Assembly (NCBI GenBank): GCA_963843575.1 | Contig: CAWJKZ010000021.1 | Span: 341,006-405,005 of the forward strand | From: an uncultured Acidobacteriota bacterium | GTDB taxonomy: Bacteria > Acidobacteriota > UBA6911 | Direction: 5' to 3' | Length of the DNA stretch: 64,000 nucleotides | Shown: positions 38,643 to 48,522 of the stretch, piece after piece | Layout: each line of letters begins with the position of its first letter | Position numbering within the stretch: position 1 is the first letter of the stretch | The notes under the pieces: generated by a model | What the model was told of the DNA's origin: nothing | Database searches by the model: none | The model's input: the letters and a program-made list of their open reading frames with translations, nothing else | Program-made: the position numbers and the translations under genes

Positions 38643-39050
38643 TCAGCTGCGCACCTGGACTTCGCCGCTGCTGTCTACCTTGGTTTCGAACCAGACTGGA
38701 CTGCCGGACCCGAGCACGGCGGTGACCTCGAAGTGCAGGCTGAACACGTCGTCTTCGGCGGCCGAGTGCCTCACCCGCACGTTGGTCAGACGCGGTTCGT
38801 ATTTCTCGACGGTGCTGCGTATGGCTTGTTCCATGATTCGAATGGATTCGGGGAACGAGTGGACCAGGTCGACGATGTCGGGTATGCCGTAGTCGGGGGC
38901 CACCGGCGCGTTCCCGCGCCGCGTGTTGAGCATTTTCCCGAGGTGTTCCAGAACGGAGGCGACGATCAGCCTCTCGTTCTGCTGGGTCGTGCGCGGCGCA
39001 TCGGGCCGCGGGTCAGCCAGTCGCTCCAGTACGCTGCGCTCGCGGAACAT
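38643..39050 (-). CDS. tssE: T6SS baseplate subunit TssE (gp25-like)
   Basis: LLNTR-like MLNTRRG, DYGIPD, YEPRL. Confidence 0.95.
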   Translation of the reverse strand: MFRERSVLERLADPRPDAPRTTQQNERLIVASVLEHLGKMLNTRRGNAPVAPDYGIPDIVDLVHSFPESIRIMEQAIRSTVEKYEPRLTNVRVRHSAAEDDVFSLHFEVTAVLGSGSPVWFETKVDSSGEVQVRS

Positions 39051-39065
39051 GCGTCGCCCTCTCCG

Positions 39066-39100
39066 AAAACCGGGGGGGCCGGCCGCTCCGGTCCCCCTGT
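39066..39100 (-). terminator. GC-rich stem-loop just downstream of tssC
   Basis: Imperfect GGGGGACCGG/CCGGCCCCCC stem followed by TTTT on the minus strand. Confidence 0.4.
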
Positions 39101-39107
39101 CAGCCTT

Positions 39108-40595
39108 TTACTTCTTGTCGAGCTTGCCGACCAGCCCGAGGGTGAAAAAGGCGCCCATGTACTTGAAGTGCGGCCGGACCTTCATGTCGACGCGGTACCA
39201 GCCCGGATCGCCCTCTACGTCCTCGACCTTGATCTCCGCCTGCCTGAGCGGGCGTTTGCTGCGCACGCTCTGCGACGGGGCCTCCATGTCTGCGACGTAC
39301 TGGGAGATCCACTTGTTCAGCTCCGCCTCCAGGTCGGTGCGTTCCTTCCAGCTGCCGATCTGCTCCCTCTGCAGCACTTTGATGTAGTGTGCCAGGCGGC
39401 AGATGATGAACATGTAGGGGAGTTGGGTCCCGAGCTTGTAGTTCGTTTCCGCCTGCCGCCCCTCGGCGCTGATCCCGAAGAATTTCGGTTTCTGGCACGA
39501 ATTGGCGGAGAAAAACGCCGCGTTGTCGCTGTCCTTGCGCATGGTCAGGGCGATAAAGCCCTCCTCGGCCAACTCGTACTCGCGGCGCTCGGAGATGAGG
39601 ACCTCGGTGGGGATCTTGGTCTGGATCTCGCCCATCGCTTCGAACTGGTGCATCGGGAGGTCCTCGACGGCGCCCCCACTCTGCGGGCCGATGATGTTCG
39701 GGCACCAGCGCCATTTCGCGAAACTGTCGGCGATGCGGGTGGCGAACGCAAAGCTCGTGTTGCCCCAGAGATAGTTCTCGTGCCCGCCGGAGACCTTTTC
39801 CTCGTAATTGAAGGCCTTTATCGGGGCCGAGGTCTCGCCGTAAGGCAGTCGGAGCAGGAAGCGGGGCAGGGTGAGGCCGACGTAGCGGGAATCCTCGGAT
39901 TCGCGGAACGAGCGCCACTTGATGTACTGCGGACCCTCCAGGATCGACTTGATGTCTTTCAGATTCGGCAGCCTGAGGAACGAGTCCTCGCCGAAGAACT
40001 TCGGACTCGCGGCGGCGATGAACGGCGCGTGCGCCATCGCCGAGACCGCCGCCACCTTCTGCAGCAGGGCCATGTCCTGCGGCCCGGGGCCGAAGTCGTA
40101 GTTGGCGATCATGGTGCCGATCGGCTTGCCGCCGAACTGTCCGTACTCGGCCGTGTACACCGTCTTGTACAAACCCGACTTCATGATCTCCGGAGCGTCT
40201 TCGAAGTCGTCGATGAGATCCTGCTTCGACACATTCAGGATCTCCAGCTTGATGTTCTCGCGGAAGTCCGTGCGGTCGACCAGCAGCTTGAGCCCGCGCC
40301 AGGCGGATTCCATCCGCTGGAAGTCCTTCTGGTGCAGGATCTCGTCGAGCTGGACCGAGAGCTTGCGGTCGACCTCGGCGATCATCTCGTCCACGAGCCG
40401 GCGCTCCACGCGTTCCTGCGCGCGGCTAGGTTGAAGCAATTCCGTGATGAACGCTTCGACTCCCTTGCGCGCCACGTCGTAGCCGAAATCGGAAGGTTTC
40501 ATTTTGGTTTGATCGAGGATCTGCTCGATCAGAGAAGGGGCCTCGGCCTCGGCCTGCTGGGCCTGAGCTTCCTTCTCGCTCTTCGCGTCAGCCAT
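39108..40595 (-). CDS. tssC: T6SS contractile sheath large subunit (canonical)
   Basis: SLIEQIL N-terminal helix, ESAWRGL, EYGQFGG.P, LPRFLLRLPYG, GGAVEDLP, RPHF. Confidence 0.97.
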   Translation of the reverse strand: MADAKSEKEAQAQQAEAEAPSLIEQILDQTKMKPSDFGYDVARKGVEAFITELLQPSRAQERVERRLVDEMIAEVDRKLSVQLDEILHQKDFQRMESAWRGLKLLVDRTDFRENIKLEILNVSKQDLIDDFEDAPEIMKSGLYKTVYTAEYGQFGGKPIGTMIANYDFGPGPQDMALLQKVAAVSAMAHAPFIAAASPKFFGEDSFLRLPNLKDIKSILEGPQYIKWRSFRESEDSRYVGLTLPRFLLRLPYGETSAPIKAFNYEEKVSGGHENYLWGNTSFAFATRIADSFAKWRWCPNIIGPQSGGAVEDLPMHQFEAMGEIQTKIPTEVLISERREYELAEEGFIALTMRKDSDNAAFFSANSCQKPKFFGISAEGRQAETNYKLGTQLPYMFIICRLAHYIKVLQREQIGSWKERTDLEAELNKWISQYVADMEAPSQSVRSKRPLRQAEIKVEDVEGDPGWYRVDMKVRPHFKYMGAFFTLGLVGKLDKK

Positions 40596-40633
40596 AGTCT
40601 TGTCTCCCGCCCCGTGAGGGGCTCAAAGGGCGC

Positions 40634-41131
40634 TTACTCCTTCTTCCCCTGTTCCATGCCCAGTTCCTTGATGAGGCGCTCGCGGGCGGCGTCATCCTGG
40701 AGCAACTCCTGCAGCTTCTTCCTGAACCCGGGCACGTTGCCCAGCGGGCCCTTCAACGCGGTCAGGGCCTCCCGCAGGTCGAGCAGCTTCTTCAACTCGG
40801 GCACCTGCTGGGCGACCGACTCCGGGCCGAAGTCCTTCAGGGTCTCGACCCGGAGGTTGACCGGCAACTCGTCCCCTTCTTGGTTGGACAGCCGGTTCGG
40901 GACCGTGAAGTTAAGCGACAATTCCTGTTTGCGCATCACCTCGTTGAAATTGTCCTTGTCCACGTTGATCGGTTTGCGGTCTTCGAGCGGACGGGAATCG
41001 GTTCGGAAGGTGAAGTCGCCCAGGACGAGCTGCTTCAGGGGCAGCTCAATCTGCTCCTGGGCCCCTCCGGTGGCCGGTTTGTATACGATGTTGATGCGTT
41101 CCCGGGGAGCCACGGAACCCTCTTTAGCCAT
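40634..41131 (-). CDS. tssB: T6SS contractile sheath small subunit (canonical)
   Basis: APRERINIVY, ELPLK.LVLGDF, VDKDNF, DFGPESVAQQVPEL..LL.LR. Confidence 0.97.
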   Translation of the reverse strand: MAKEGSVAPRERINIVYKPATGGAQEQIELPLKQLVLGDFTFRTDSRPLEDRKPINVDKDNFNEVMRKQELSLNFTVPNRLSNQEGDELPVNLRVETLKDFGPESVAQQVPELKKLLDLREALTALKGPLGNVPGFRKKLQELLQDDAARERLIKELGMEQGKKE

Positions 41132-41157
41132 CACTGACCTCCGCGAAATGGTCGCAC

Positions 41158-42732
41158 CTAGAAGTCGACCGTTAATGCTGCGTTGACATCGATCCTGCAA
41201 ATCCGCTGGTACAGTTCACCCAGCTGGCGCTCCACATCCGGGGGGCGTTCCGACATCGCGGCGGCCAGCTTCTGGCGGCACTTGAACAGCTGCTGCACGA
41301 CCGCGAGGGACAGTTCCGGTTCCCACTCCTCGAGCGAGAACCGGCGGATCTGTTCGTCCAGAAGGGTCAGGAGGGGCAGGGCAAGCTGCGGCTTGCCGGC
41401 GTCGACGCAGAGCCTAGCCATTTCGAGCTTCCACAGAAATTGCCGTCGCTGCCGGGATTCGCGGGCGATGCCGTTCGTGAATAGGGCAAGCCCCTTGTTC
41501 AGTTCGCCGTTCGAGAACAGCCGATGGGCTTCTGCCGCCGTCTTGGCGAGTTCCTGGTCGTCGCCGGCCCCCTCCCGTCCGGCCCCCGTGTTCCCGCCGG
41601 CGCCGGGCTGGGACGAAACCACCTCGCTGCGGACCCATTCCGCCGTTGCGAGGCTGAATAGTGGGGTGCCGTCGACGAACTTCAGCCCGGCAAGATCGGG
41701 GAGCCTCAGGAGCAGGGACTGCAATTCGGCCAGGATGGCCTTGCGCGCGGCGGAGTATTGCTCGCCGAGTTCCGACAGGGCCTGCGCGCACTGGCGTTGG
41801 ATGTCGAACGCGAACACCTGTTCGAGGAATCCCGCCTCGGCTTCCCTCAAGACGGCGAGCCAGTCGCGCCCCGAGAGGAGCTGCTGCAATCTCTGTGCGA
41901 CGCCTGCGTCCGGGGCCGGGATGTAGGTAATCCCGCCCTCCTGCGTCGGGAGGGCGACCTGCCATCCCCACGTGATCCCCCTCGTGATCCTGTACGGCAG
42001 CGGGTCGGCCGGGTCCGCCGCGAGCAGCATCGCCGCCGCCTGGAAAAGGCGCGTCCGACATTCGGCGAGGACTGCATCCACCTCGCCCGGCCCAGCCGCC
42101 TCGGGGAGGGGGGCGGCCTTGGCCTGCTCGGCCTGCTGCTGTTTTGCGGCCTCCTCTGCGGCGGCAGCGGCCCGGCGCGAGCGCACGGCGTCGGCCTGGG
42201 CCTGCACGAGCTGCCGCAGCTCGACAAATCCGGGCGCCTCGTTGGCCAGGCACTCCTCCACGGCGGCCACGAAGTCGAGCAGGCCCTGTTCGACTTCGAG
42301 CGCAAGCTCGTCGGAGGCCGCGGCCGGCTTGCGCGCCAGTGCCACGGGCAACCGCTCCTCCGCCCATTGGACCGCCCCGACCCTCCCCCGCATGCGGCTC
42401 TTCTCGGGGAACGCCGTCTCCCAGAAGTTCTTCAGCAGGTTCCGATACAGCGCGAGGCCATTGAGCAGCCCCTCGAAACCCTTGGCGTGACACAGCCCGA
42501 GGGTGAGATAGGATGCGACGCGAAGGTCTTTTGATTTGCTCTTGAGCAGGGAACTCGACAGCTGCGTGACCGCGCCCCAGTCCACCGGGACGGGGGAGAG
42601 GGCTTCCGTCTTGGCGATTTCGGCGCTGAGCTGTTCGAATTGCGGATCGAAACGAACCGATTCGCCTGCCGGAGCCGACGCGCTTATCGGTTCGACGCCC
42701 AGGTTGACGATTTCCGCATCCAAAAAGGACAT
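41158..42732 (-). CDS. tssA: T6SS TssA (ImpA N-terminal domain, VasJ-like C-terminal region)
   Basis: PAGESVRFDP, SKDLRVASYL, L.F.DGTP, L.EWEP.L. Confidence 0.93.
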   Translation of the reverse strand: MSFLDAEIVNLGVEPISASAPAGESVRFDPQFEQLSAEIAKTEALSPVPVDWGAVTQLSSSLLKSKSKDLRVASYLTLGLCHAKGFEGLLNGLALYRNLLKNFWETAFPEKSRMRGRVGAVQWAEERLPVALARKPAAASDELALEVEQGLLDFVAAVEECLANEAPGFVELRQLVQAQADAVRSRRAAAAAEEAAKQQQAEQAKAAPLPEAAGPGEVDAVLAECRTRLFQAAAMLLAADPADPLPYRITRGITWGWQVALPTQEGGITYIPAPDAGVAQRLQQLLSGRDWLAVLREAEAGFLEQVFAFDIQRQCAQALSELGEQYSAARKAILAELQSLLLRLPDLAGLKFVDGTPLFSLATAEWVRSEVVSSQPGAGGNTGAGREGAGDDQELAKTAAEAHRLFSNGELNKGLALFTNGIARESRQRRQFLWKLEMARLCVDAGKPQLALPLLTLLDEQIRRFSLEEWEPELSLAVVQQLFKCRQKLAAAMSERPPDVERQLGELYQRICRIDVNAALTVDF

Positions 42733-42871
42733 CTACTCAGATTTTCGAGTTCTGCGGGTCAATGTGTACAGACGTACCCAGTCCGCGCAAGACATACAGC
42801 CGATTCGGTCTGATTTGTCGTATCCGAGCGTGATCTGACGAAAATCATTATTTAGGTGGCTAGAAACCTTG

Positions 42872-43657
42872 TCAAGTTCTTTCCCGGACGGTCCCCCCCT
42901 GTGCCGCTGCCATTATCGACTCGACCTTCTCAACCAGGTCGTCGCGGATCTGCGATATCTTGTCGACGTCCACAACCTCCTCGAAAACCGAGGTTCCGCT
43001 CATCTCGGTCGAATCGAGGATGAGGTGATCGGGCGGGAGCATCGTCTTGAGAGGCGCCGTCAGGGTCGTCAGCGGCAGTTCCCCCAATTCCGGCGAGGTG
43101 ACGGTGCTGATCTCCCAGCGCAGGGCGCGCAACAGGTTCGCGATGCCAGGGTATCGGTTCAGCAGCAGGTGAATGAGGCAGCAACGGATGACGAACTCGC
43201 GCACGTCGTCCGGCTTCTTCTCCTCTTTGCCCGCGACGCCCAGCCGCAGGCGCGAGAGGCTCAGGCCCGACCCGTAGGACAGAACGTAGCGCACCGGCGA
43301 CGTGATGGTCACGACCTTCTGGCCGACGCCGGTGTTCAACTGGTGCAGGTATTCCCACGGATGAACTTCCAGCGCAAGCCCTATCGGCTTCAGAGGGGGC
43401 CTCAGCGGCCTGGGCAGGTCAAATGGCTTCCCTGCGGCCTTGGCATATAACTCGTTGAGCGCCGCAAAGTTCTTCTCGGCGTCGAGCACCGGCTCCGGAG
43501 TGCCGCTGTCGATGTAGTCTCCAAGGACCCGACGCGGCCGCAACAGCGGCGAGATCGTCGTCAGCTGCTCCCTCAACTGGAGGAGGAGGTGTTCCGATAC
43601 GGTGCGGGTCACCTTGCGCAGAAAAAGCAGTCGCCCAATGCTGAATTCTTCGGTCAT
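42872..43657 (-). CDS. hypothetical protein, co-oriented upstream of tssA
   Basis: Globular 261-aa product from MTEEFSIG with an AAGGA RBS; the ORF extension to 44020 overlaps the divergent gene. Confidence 0.75.
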   Translation of the reverse strand: MTEEFSIGRLLFLRKVTRTVSEHLLLQLREQLTTISPLLRPRRVLGDYIDSGTPEPVLDAEKNFAALNELYAKAAGKPFDLPRPLRPPLKPIGLALEVHPWEYLHQLNTGVGQKVVTITSPVRYVLSYGSGLSLSRLRLGVAGKEEKKPDDVREFVIRCCLIHLLLNRYPGIANLLRALRWEISTVTSPELGELPLTTLTAPLKTMLPPDHLILDSTEMSGTSVFEEVVDVDKISQIRDDLVEKVESIMAAAQGGTVRERT

Positions 43658-43885
43658 GATGTCCTTTTCACTTAGAGGCAAGAAGCCGAAACAACTGAAG
43701 CCGGAAGCCCGAGAGCCGGAAGTCCGAAGTTCTGATGCCGGAGACACCGCCCCAGACGGCGGTGGAGTGCTGGCTGCCAATGCCCGGCTTCTGGCTGTGA
43801 AATATAACACAGTAAAGGGAATAACAGTTACCGGCAAAACGATGCCAACTTTCCTTTGGCGCGAAGCTCGGTTATGATCAGAGCG

Positions 43886-45598
43886 ATGTCCGCACTTCTG
43901 ATCGTTCGCTCCGGTTCGCTGCAGGGTCAGCGGATCCGGCTCAAATCGGACCTTACCCGTTTGGGCCGCAAGGCCGAAAACGACATCGTTTTCTCCGACC
44001 ACCTGGTCTCGAGCAACCATGCTGAAATCCGCCGCAGCGGCGGGGAATACCTGCTGGTGGACTGCGGGAGCACCAACGGCACCTTTGTCGGAGGGAAGCC
44101 GGTCACGCGTATGCGGCTCGGGAATCGCGACAAGTTCGAGCTGGGGGAAGGGGGACCGGTCGTCGAATTCCGCACCGAGGGGGAAGAAGGCGGCGACCGG
44201 CCGCGGTTGTGCCCGATTTCGGGCTCGTGGCAGGGCGGCGAACCGATCGCGCTGACCGGGGCGCGCACGACCATCGGGCGGGGTGCGGGCAACGACATTG
44301 TGGTGGGGCGCGAGGCGGGCTCGGTGGTTTCGTCAGAACACGCTCTCATCCTGATAGAAGACGAGTCGTGCCGGATTCAGGATCTCGACAGCTCCAACGG
44401 GACCTACGTCAACGGGGAACGGATCGACGCGGTGCGCCTCCACGACGGGGACCGGGTGGAGCTTGGCTCGGGAGGCCCGGTATTCGAGTACCGGGCCGCG
44501 GGAACGGCGCGCAAGGGGCGCAAGCCGGACGAGCGCGAAGGTGAGCGCATGTTCCGCAAGCTGGAGCGTGCGGCCCGGGGCGGGCGCGCCGGCGAGCAGA
44601 CCATGCTGATGCTTCATGCGGCGAACAGGTTCCACAAGCGCCGCCGATGGCCTCTCCTGCTGGTGTCGGCCGTGCTGCTGGCGGGAGGGCTCGGGGCACT
44701 CTACCTGTACTACCAGAAGGCGCAGGAAAACCGCCGTATCCGCGAGTCCGCGGAGGAGGTCTTCTATCAAATGAGGGTGCTGCAGGCCGACCTGGTCCGT
44801 TATCGCGACACGATGGGGCCCGAGGAAGCCCAGCGCCGGAGCGGAGAACTGATCCGGATACGAAGGGCCTACGACGACTTCCTGAAAAACCTCGGCCTGT
44901 ACGAGGGGAAAACCCCCGTCCAGCAAGCCATCATGCGCCTGGCCAGGAACCTGGGGGAAACCGATCTGGATGTTCCACCGGACTTCATCCAGACCACGCT
45001 GCTCTACGTGGAGAAATGGCGCAGCACACCCCGGCTGCGCAATGCGCTCGACCGGGCGAAGCAGCGCAGTCTGCCGCGCATCATCCGCACCGCGCTCGAC
45101 CAGTATGGGCTCCCGCGCGAGTTCTTCTTCGTCCCGCTGCAGGAGAGCAGCTATGACGCCACCCAGGTGGGCCCGCCGACCCGGTTCGGCTATGCCAAGG
45201 GACTCTGGCAGCTGATCCCTCCCACGGCCGTGCAGTACCACCTCAGGCTCGGGCCGTGGAAAGACGATGCCCGGTTCGATCCTCTCGACCAGCGTCACGA
45301 CGAACTCAACTCGACCCAGGCTGCCGTCCGCTACCTGGCGGACCTGTACTCGACCAAGGCTGCCGCATCCGGCCTGCTCGTGATCGCGGCCTACAACTAC
45401 GGTCAGACCAGAATAATCACGCGCCTGGACCAGTTGCCGAACGACCCACGCGAACGCAACTTCTGGAAATTCTACCGCAGCGGCTGGCTGCCGGAGGAGA
45501 CCCGGGACTACGTGATGGCCATCTTCTCGGCCGCGCTCATCTGCGAAAAGCCCGACCTGTTTCAGATGAACATCGAACCTGTCTTCTCCGGCTGGTGA
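43886..45598 (+). CDS. FHA-FHA-TM-lytic transglycosylase (SLT/MltD-like) fusion
   Basis: Two FHA domains (GR..S..H..S.NGT), TM LLLVSAVLLAGGLGALYLY, SLT motifs QESSY, A.GLWQ, AAYNYG, ETRDYV. Confidence 0.9.
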   Translation: MSALLIVRSGSLQGQRIRLKSDLTRLGRKAENDIVFSDHLVSSNHAEIRRSGGEYLLVDCGSTNGTFVGGKPVTRMRLGNRDKFELGEGGPVVEFRTEGEEGGDRPRLCPISGSWQGGEPIALTGARTTIGRGAGNDIVVGREAGSVVSSEHALILIEDESCRIQDLDSSNGTYVNGERIDAVRLHDGDRVELGSGGPVFEYRAAGTARKGRKPDEREGERMFRKLERAARGGRAGEQTMLMLHAANRFHKRRRWPLLLVSAVLLAGGLGALYLYYQKAQENRRIRESAEEVFYQMRVLQADLVRYRDTMGPEEAQRRSGELIRIRRAYDDFLKNLGLYEGKTPVQQAIMRLARNLGETDLDVPPDFIQTTLLYVEKWRSTPRLRNALDRAKQRSLPRIIRTALDQYGLPREFFFVPLQESSYDATQVGPPTRFGYAKGLWQLIPPTAVQYHLRLGPWKDDARFDPLDQRHDELNSTQAAVRYLADLYSTKAAASGLLVIAAYNYGQTRIITRLDQLPNDPRERNFWKFYRSGWLPEETRDYVMAIFSAALICEKPDLFQMNIEPVFSGW

Positions 45599-45760
45599 CC
45601 CCGGGGGAACTGAGCCCCTCCGGTGGTACTGCCGGCCTCCCCCAATCCTGGAAGCCCTTCGAAACCGCCGGTGCGGCTTCATTTTGAAGGAAGTATCAGC
45701 TATTATCAGGTCGGCGGAGACCCGATAAGTAAGCTGCGAACCTTCCGAAGAATCGACGCG

Positions 45761-48430
45761 ATGAGACTCTGTCCCCTGTGCAAGCGAAGCTGGGAAGATG
45801 ACTTCCGTGTATGCCCGATCGACGGGCTGGCGTTGCAGGCCGTCGAGGCCGAGACCGACCCGTTCGCCGGCAAGACGCTGGGCGCGCTAAAAATCTCGGA
45901 GAAAATCGCCGACGGAGACCTGGGCCCGATTTACCGCGCGGAGGATCCCACGCGCGGTGCCGTGGCTATCCAGTACATCAATCAGGATCGGGTGGCGAGC
46001 CCCGTTTTGATGGAAGCCTTCGAGGATGCCGTCAATCTCGCGGCAAAGCTCATCCACCCCCACGTCCTCCGGGTCTACTCGCTCGAGCGGGCGCCAGACG
46101 GCACCGTTGCGGTCGTGATGGAGTATGTGGCGGGCAGCAGCCTGCGGGACTATCGTGCCAGCCACCCGGCGTTGGATTGGACTGAGGCCTGCGCCCTGAT
46201 CAAGCAGGCCGCTGACGGTCTCTCGGCGGCGCACCGGACTTCGATGCTCCACGGGTCCGTGCACCCCACCCGGATCATCGTGGGCGCGGATGGGGTCGTG
46301 AAGGTCGCGGGGTTCCATCGCAGCGGGCTGCGCGACGTGGCCGGCAGTTCGGGCGCAAAGCCGGGAGAACTGGTCTACTGGAGTCCCGAGCAGCTCGGGA
46401 TCATCCGGGACGTCCCGTACCCCGACTACCGAGCGGATGTCTACGGCCTCGGCGTCACGCTCTACGAACTCCTGGCGGGGCGCCTCCCGTACGAGGCTAA
46501 GAGCGTCGAGGATCTTGCTGCGGTGATGGACGCGGGCCCCGCCCTCCCCCCCAGCTTTGCGAACCCTCAGGTCTCGCCCACCCTGTCGCGTGTGGTGCTG
46601 AAAGCGATCTCCAAACAGCCGGTGGACCGCCACCGCTCGATGGAGGAGTTTCTGCGGGAGCTCGAAGCGGCGAGTCAGCCCTTCCGGGAGCCGGAGCGTC
46701 ACGAACCGGAACTACCCCGATCCCCGGAATACCCGCCGGCGCGGGGCGATTCCGGTCTGTTTCCACCCTCCGGGCCGACGCGCGGCAGGGAGTCGGTGGA
46801 GAACATCTGGCCCGAAGCCGCGCACGCGCCGCATGCGGGCGAGTCCAGCATGTTCACCTGGTTCAAGACCCGCATCGGGGGAGGGAAGCAGGCGCCGGCG
46901 CGCAAGAAGGCGCCCGCGGCGGACGACTCGTTTTTCTCCAGCCGCAAGGCTGATGACGGGGACGAGCGCACCGCCATCGCTACGGGCGCACGCAGGAGGA
47001 GCGGCCGCCGGCGGAGTTTTGCGGAGACCTTCACGAACTTCGGCCGGCGGGACGACGTCACCGGGACGGATTTCCTCCCGCGCCGCAGGTTCTCGAGCCG
47101 CGCCTACGTCCTGATGGGTGTGGGCGGGCTGTTGCTCGTGGGGGCCGTTGTCACCCTTATCCTGATGTTCGGGCGAGCCTCCTCGGGGAAGCTCATGCTC
47201 GAAAGCAACCCCCCGGGCGCGCAGATCTTCCTGAACGACGAGTACCGCGGCAACACCCCGCTGCTCATTCCGGAGATCAAGGCCGACGCGTACCGGTTGC
47301 GGCTGCAGCTGGACGGCTACGAGGCCGTAGCCGCCACGGTCGAGGTCGGACCCGACAAGGACGTGCAGCGCGCCTTCGTGCTCAACCGGCTGGCCCCGAT
47401 CCAGCTGCCGGCGCCTCCTCCGCTCCCATCCGCGCCGACCGAGCCTTCGGCCGCCCCTGTGCCCGTGGCCGCGCCCGCGGGTGCGAAAGCCCCGTACGAG
47501 GCGATGTTCAACAACGCCCTGCGCAGCCGCAACCTCTTCCCCCCGGCGCCCGGCAGCGCGTGGGACGTCCTGCAGACCTGGCAGCAGCGTGAAGCCGCAT
47601 CGCCGACGGCCGCCCTGGAGCAGGCGCGGCAGAGTTTCTGCCGCGAGGTCGAGACGGTCGGACTGGAGAAGCTCGACCAGCGCGATTTCCAGTCCGTGCG
47701 CGGATTGCTCGAGCAGATCCGGACGCGCATGCCGGGCCAGCCGTGCGGAGGCGGCCTCCAGGCCCGCTACGATGCGGCACTCTCGCGCTCCATCGCGGAC
47801 CTGCGTGCGTTCACGAGCGCCGCCATGAACCGGCAGAATTATGTGACTCCCGAGGCGGACAATGCACTCAAGTACGTCAGGCTCATTCTTCAGATCGACC
47901 CGCAAGACGGCGAGGCGAAGGCGCTCGACGGAGAGCTCTTCCAGCGCGGGTTGGAGCAAGCCAAGGCGAAGGCGGAGGCGCGCCAGCACCAGGACGCGCT
48001 GGCCATCTACACGCAACTCAAGGCCGGTTACCCCAACCCGCCGGGAGGCGTGGAACCGCTCAACCAGGGGATCGAGAGGGAGAAACGGCGCATGGCGCTC
48101 GCCGCCGCCCTGAAGGTCCCCTACAGTGTGGCGGTCAAGCACGGCCACAGCTTCCTGCGCATCAAAAACCGCGACTGCACGGGGGTCCTGCGCGCGGACG
48201 GCTTCAGCATCGAGTTCCAGACCAACGGAGACCACGGGTTCAAGCTCGCCTACGATGTGCTCAAGAGCGTGTCCTACGGCAAGGGGAAAATAGTGATCGA
48301 GGGGAGCACCATCGGCGGCGGCAAGATCGAACTCGAGCAGACCGAGAAGAACCCGAGCCCTTCACTGGCCGATCTTTACGGGAAAATCGAGGAGTACCGC
48401 AAACTGCGGGCGGAGTACCTGCGCCCGTGA
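45761..48430 (+). CDS. membrane pseudokinase with Cys-rich N-terminus, PEGA and TPR-like domains
   Basis: Hanks kinase fold with VAIQ, HGSVHPTRI and AGFH in place of VAIK, HRDxKPxN and DFG. SPEQ and DVYGLG retained. TM; PEGA (SNPPGAQIFLN). Confidence 0.85.
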   Translation: MRLCPLCKRSWEDDFRVCPIDGLALQAVEAETDPFAGKTLGALKISEKIADGDLGPIYRAEDPTRGAVAIQYINQDRVASPVLMEAFEDAVNLAAKLIHPHVLRVYSLERAPDGTVAVVMEYVAGSSLRDYRASHPALDWTEACALIKQAADGLSAAHRTSMLHGSVHPTRIIVGADGVVKVAGFHRSGLRDVAGSSGAKPGELVYWSPEQLGIIRDVPYPDYRADVYGLGVTLYELLAGRLPYEAKSVEDLAAVMDAGPALPPSFANPQVSPTLSRVVLKAISKQPVDRHRSMEEFLRELEAASQPFREPERHEPELPRSPEYPPARGDSGLFPPSGPTRGRESVENIWPEAAHAPHAGESSMFTWFKTRIGGGKQAPARKKAPAADDSFFSSRKADDGDERTAIATGARRRSGRRRSFAETFTNFGRRDDVTGTDFLPRRRFSSRAYVLMGVGGLLLVGAVVTLILMFGRASSGKLMLESNPPGAQIFLNDEYRGNTPLLIPEIKADAYRLRLQLDGYEAVAATVEVGPDKDVQRAFVLNRLAPIQLPAPPPLPSAPTEPSAAPVPVAAPAGAKAPYEAMFNNALRSRNLFPPAPGSAWDVLQTWQQREAASPTAALEQARQSFCREVETVGLEKLDQRDFQSVRGLLEQIRTRMPGQPCGGGLQARYDAALSRSIADLRAFTSAAMNRQNYVTPEADNALKYVRLILQIDPQDGEAKALDGELFQRGLEQAKAKAEARQHQDALAIYTQLKAGYPNPPGGVEPLNQGIEREKRRMALAAALKVPYSVAVKHGHSFLRIKNRDCTGVLRADGFSIEFQTNGDHGFKLAYDVLKSVSYGKGKIVIEGSTIGGGKIELEQTEKNPSPSLADLYGKIEEYRKLRAEYLRP

Positions 48431-48462
48431 GGTGAGTCGTGCCGAATACCGGCACGGTCGAG

Positions 48463-48505
48463 AAGGGACGGGGCAATACGTCGCCCCGCCCCTTTTTTGT
48501 TTTTT
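48463..48505 (+). terminator. intrinsic terminator between the convergent pseudokinase and hcp genes
   Basis: AAGGGACGGGGC/GCCCCGCCCCTT stem followed by a long T tract. Confidence 0.75.
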
Positions 48506-48522
48506 CAGGCGTTGAGCCCCGC

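Noticed and set aside
38733-41186. 817-aa plus-strand ORF, and similar long ORFs at 51988..53715, 59600..61654 and 61428..63572
   Set aside because: Antisense shadows of well-supported minus-strand genes
43830-43850. Sigma-54-like TGGCATCGTTTTGC on the minus strand
   Set aside because: GG-to-GC spacing is 9 nt instead of the required 10
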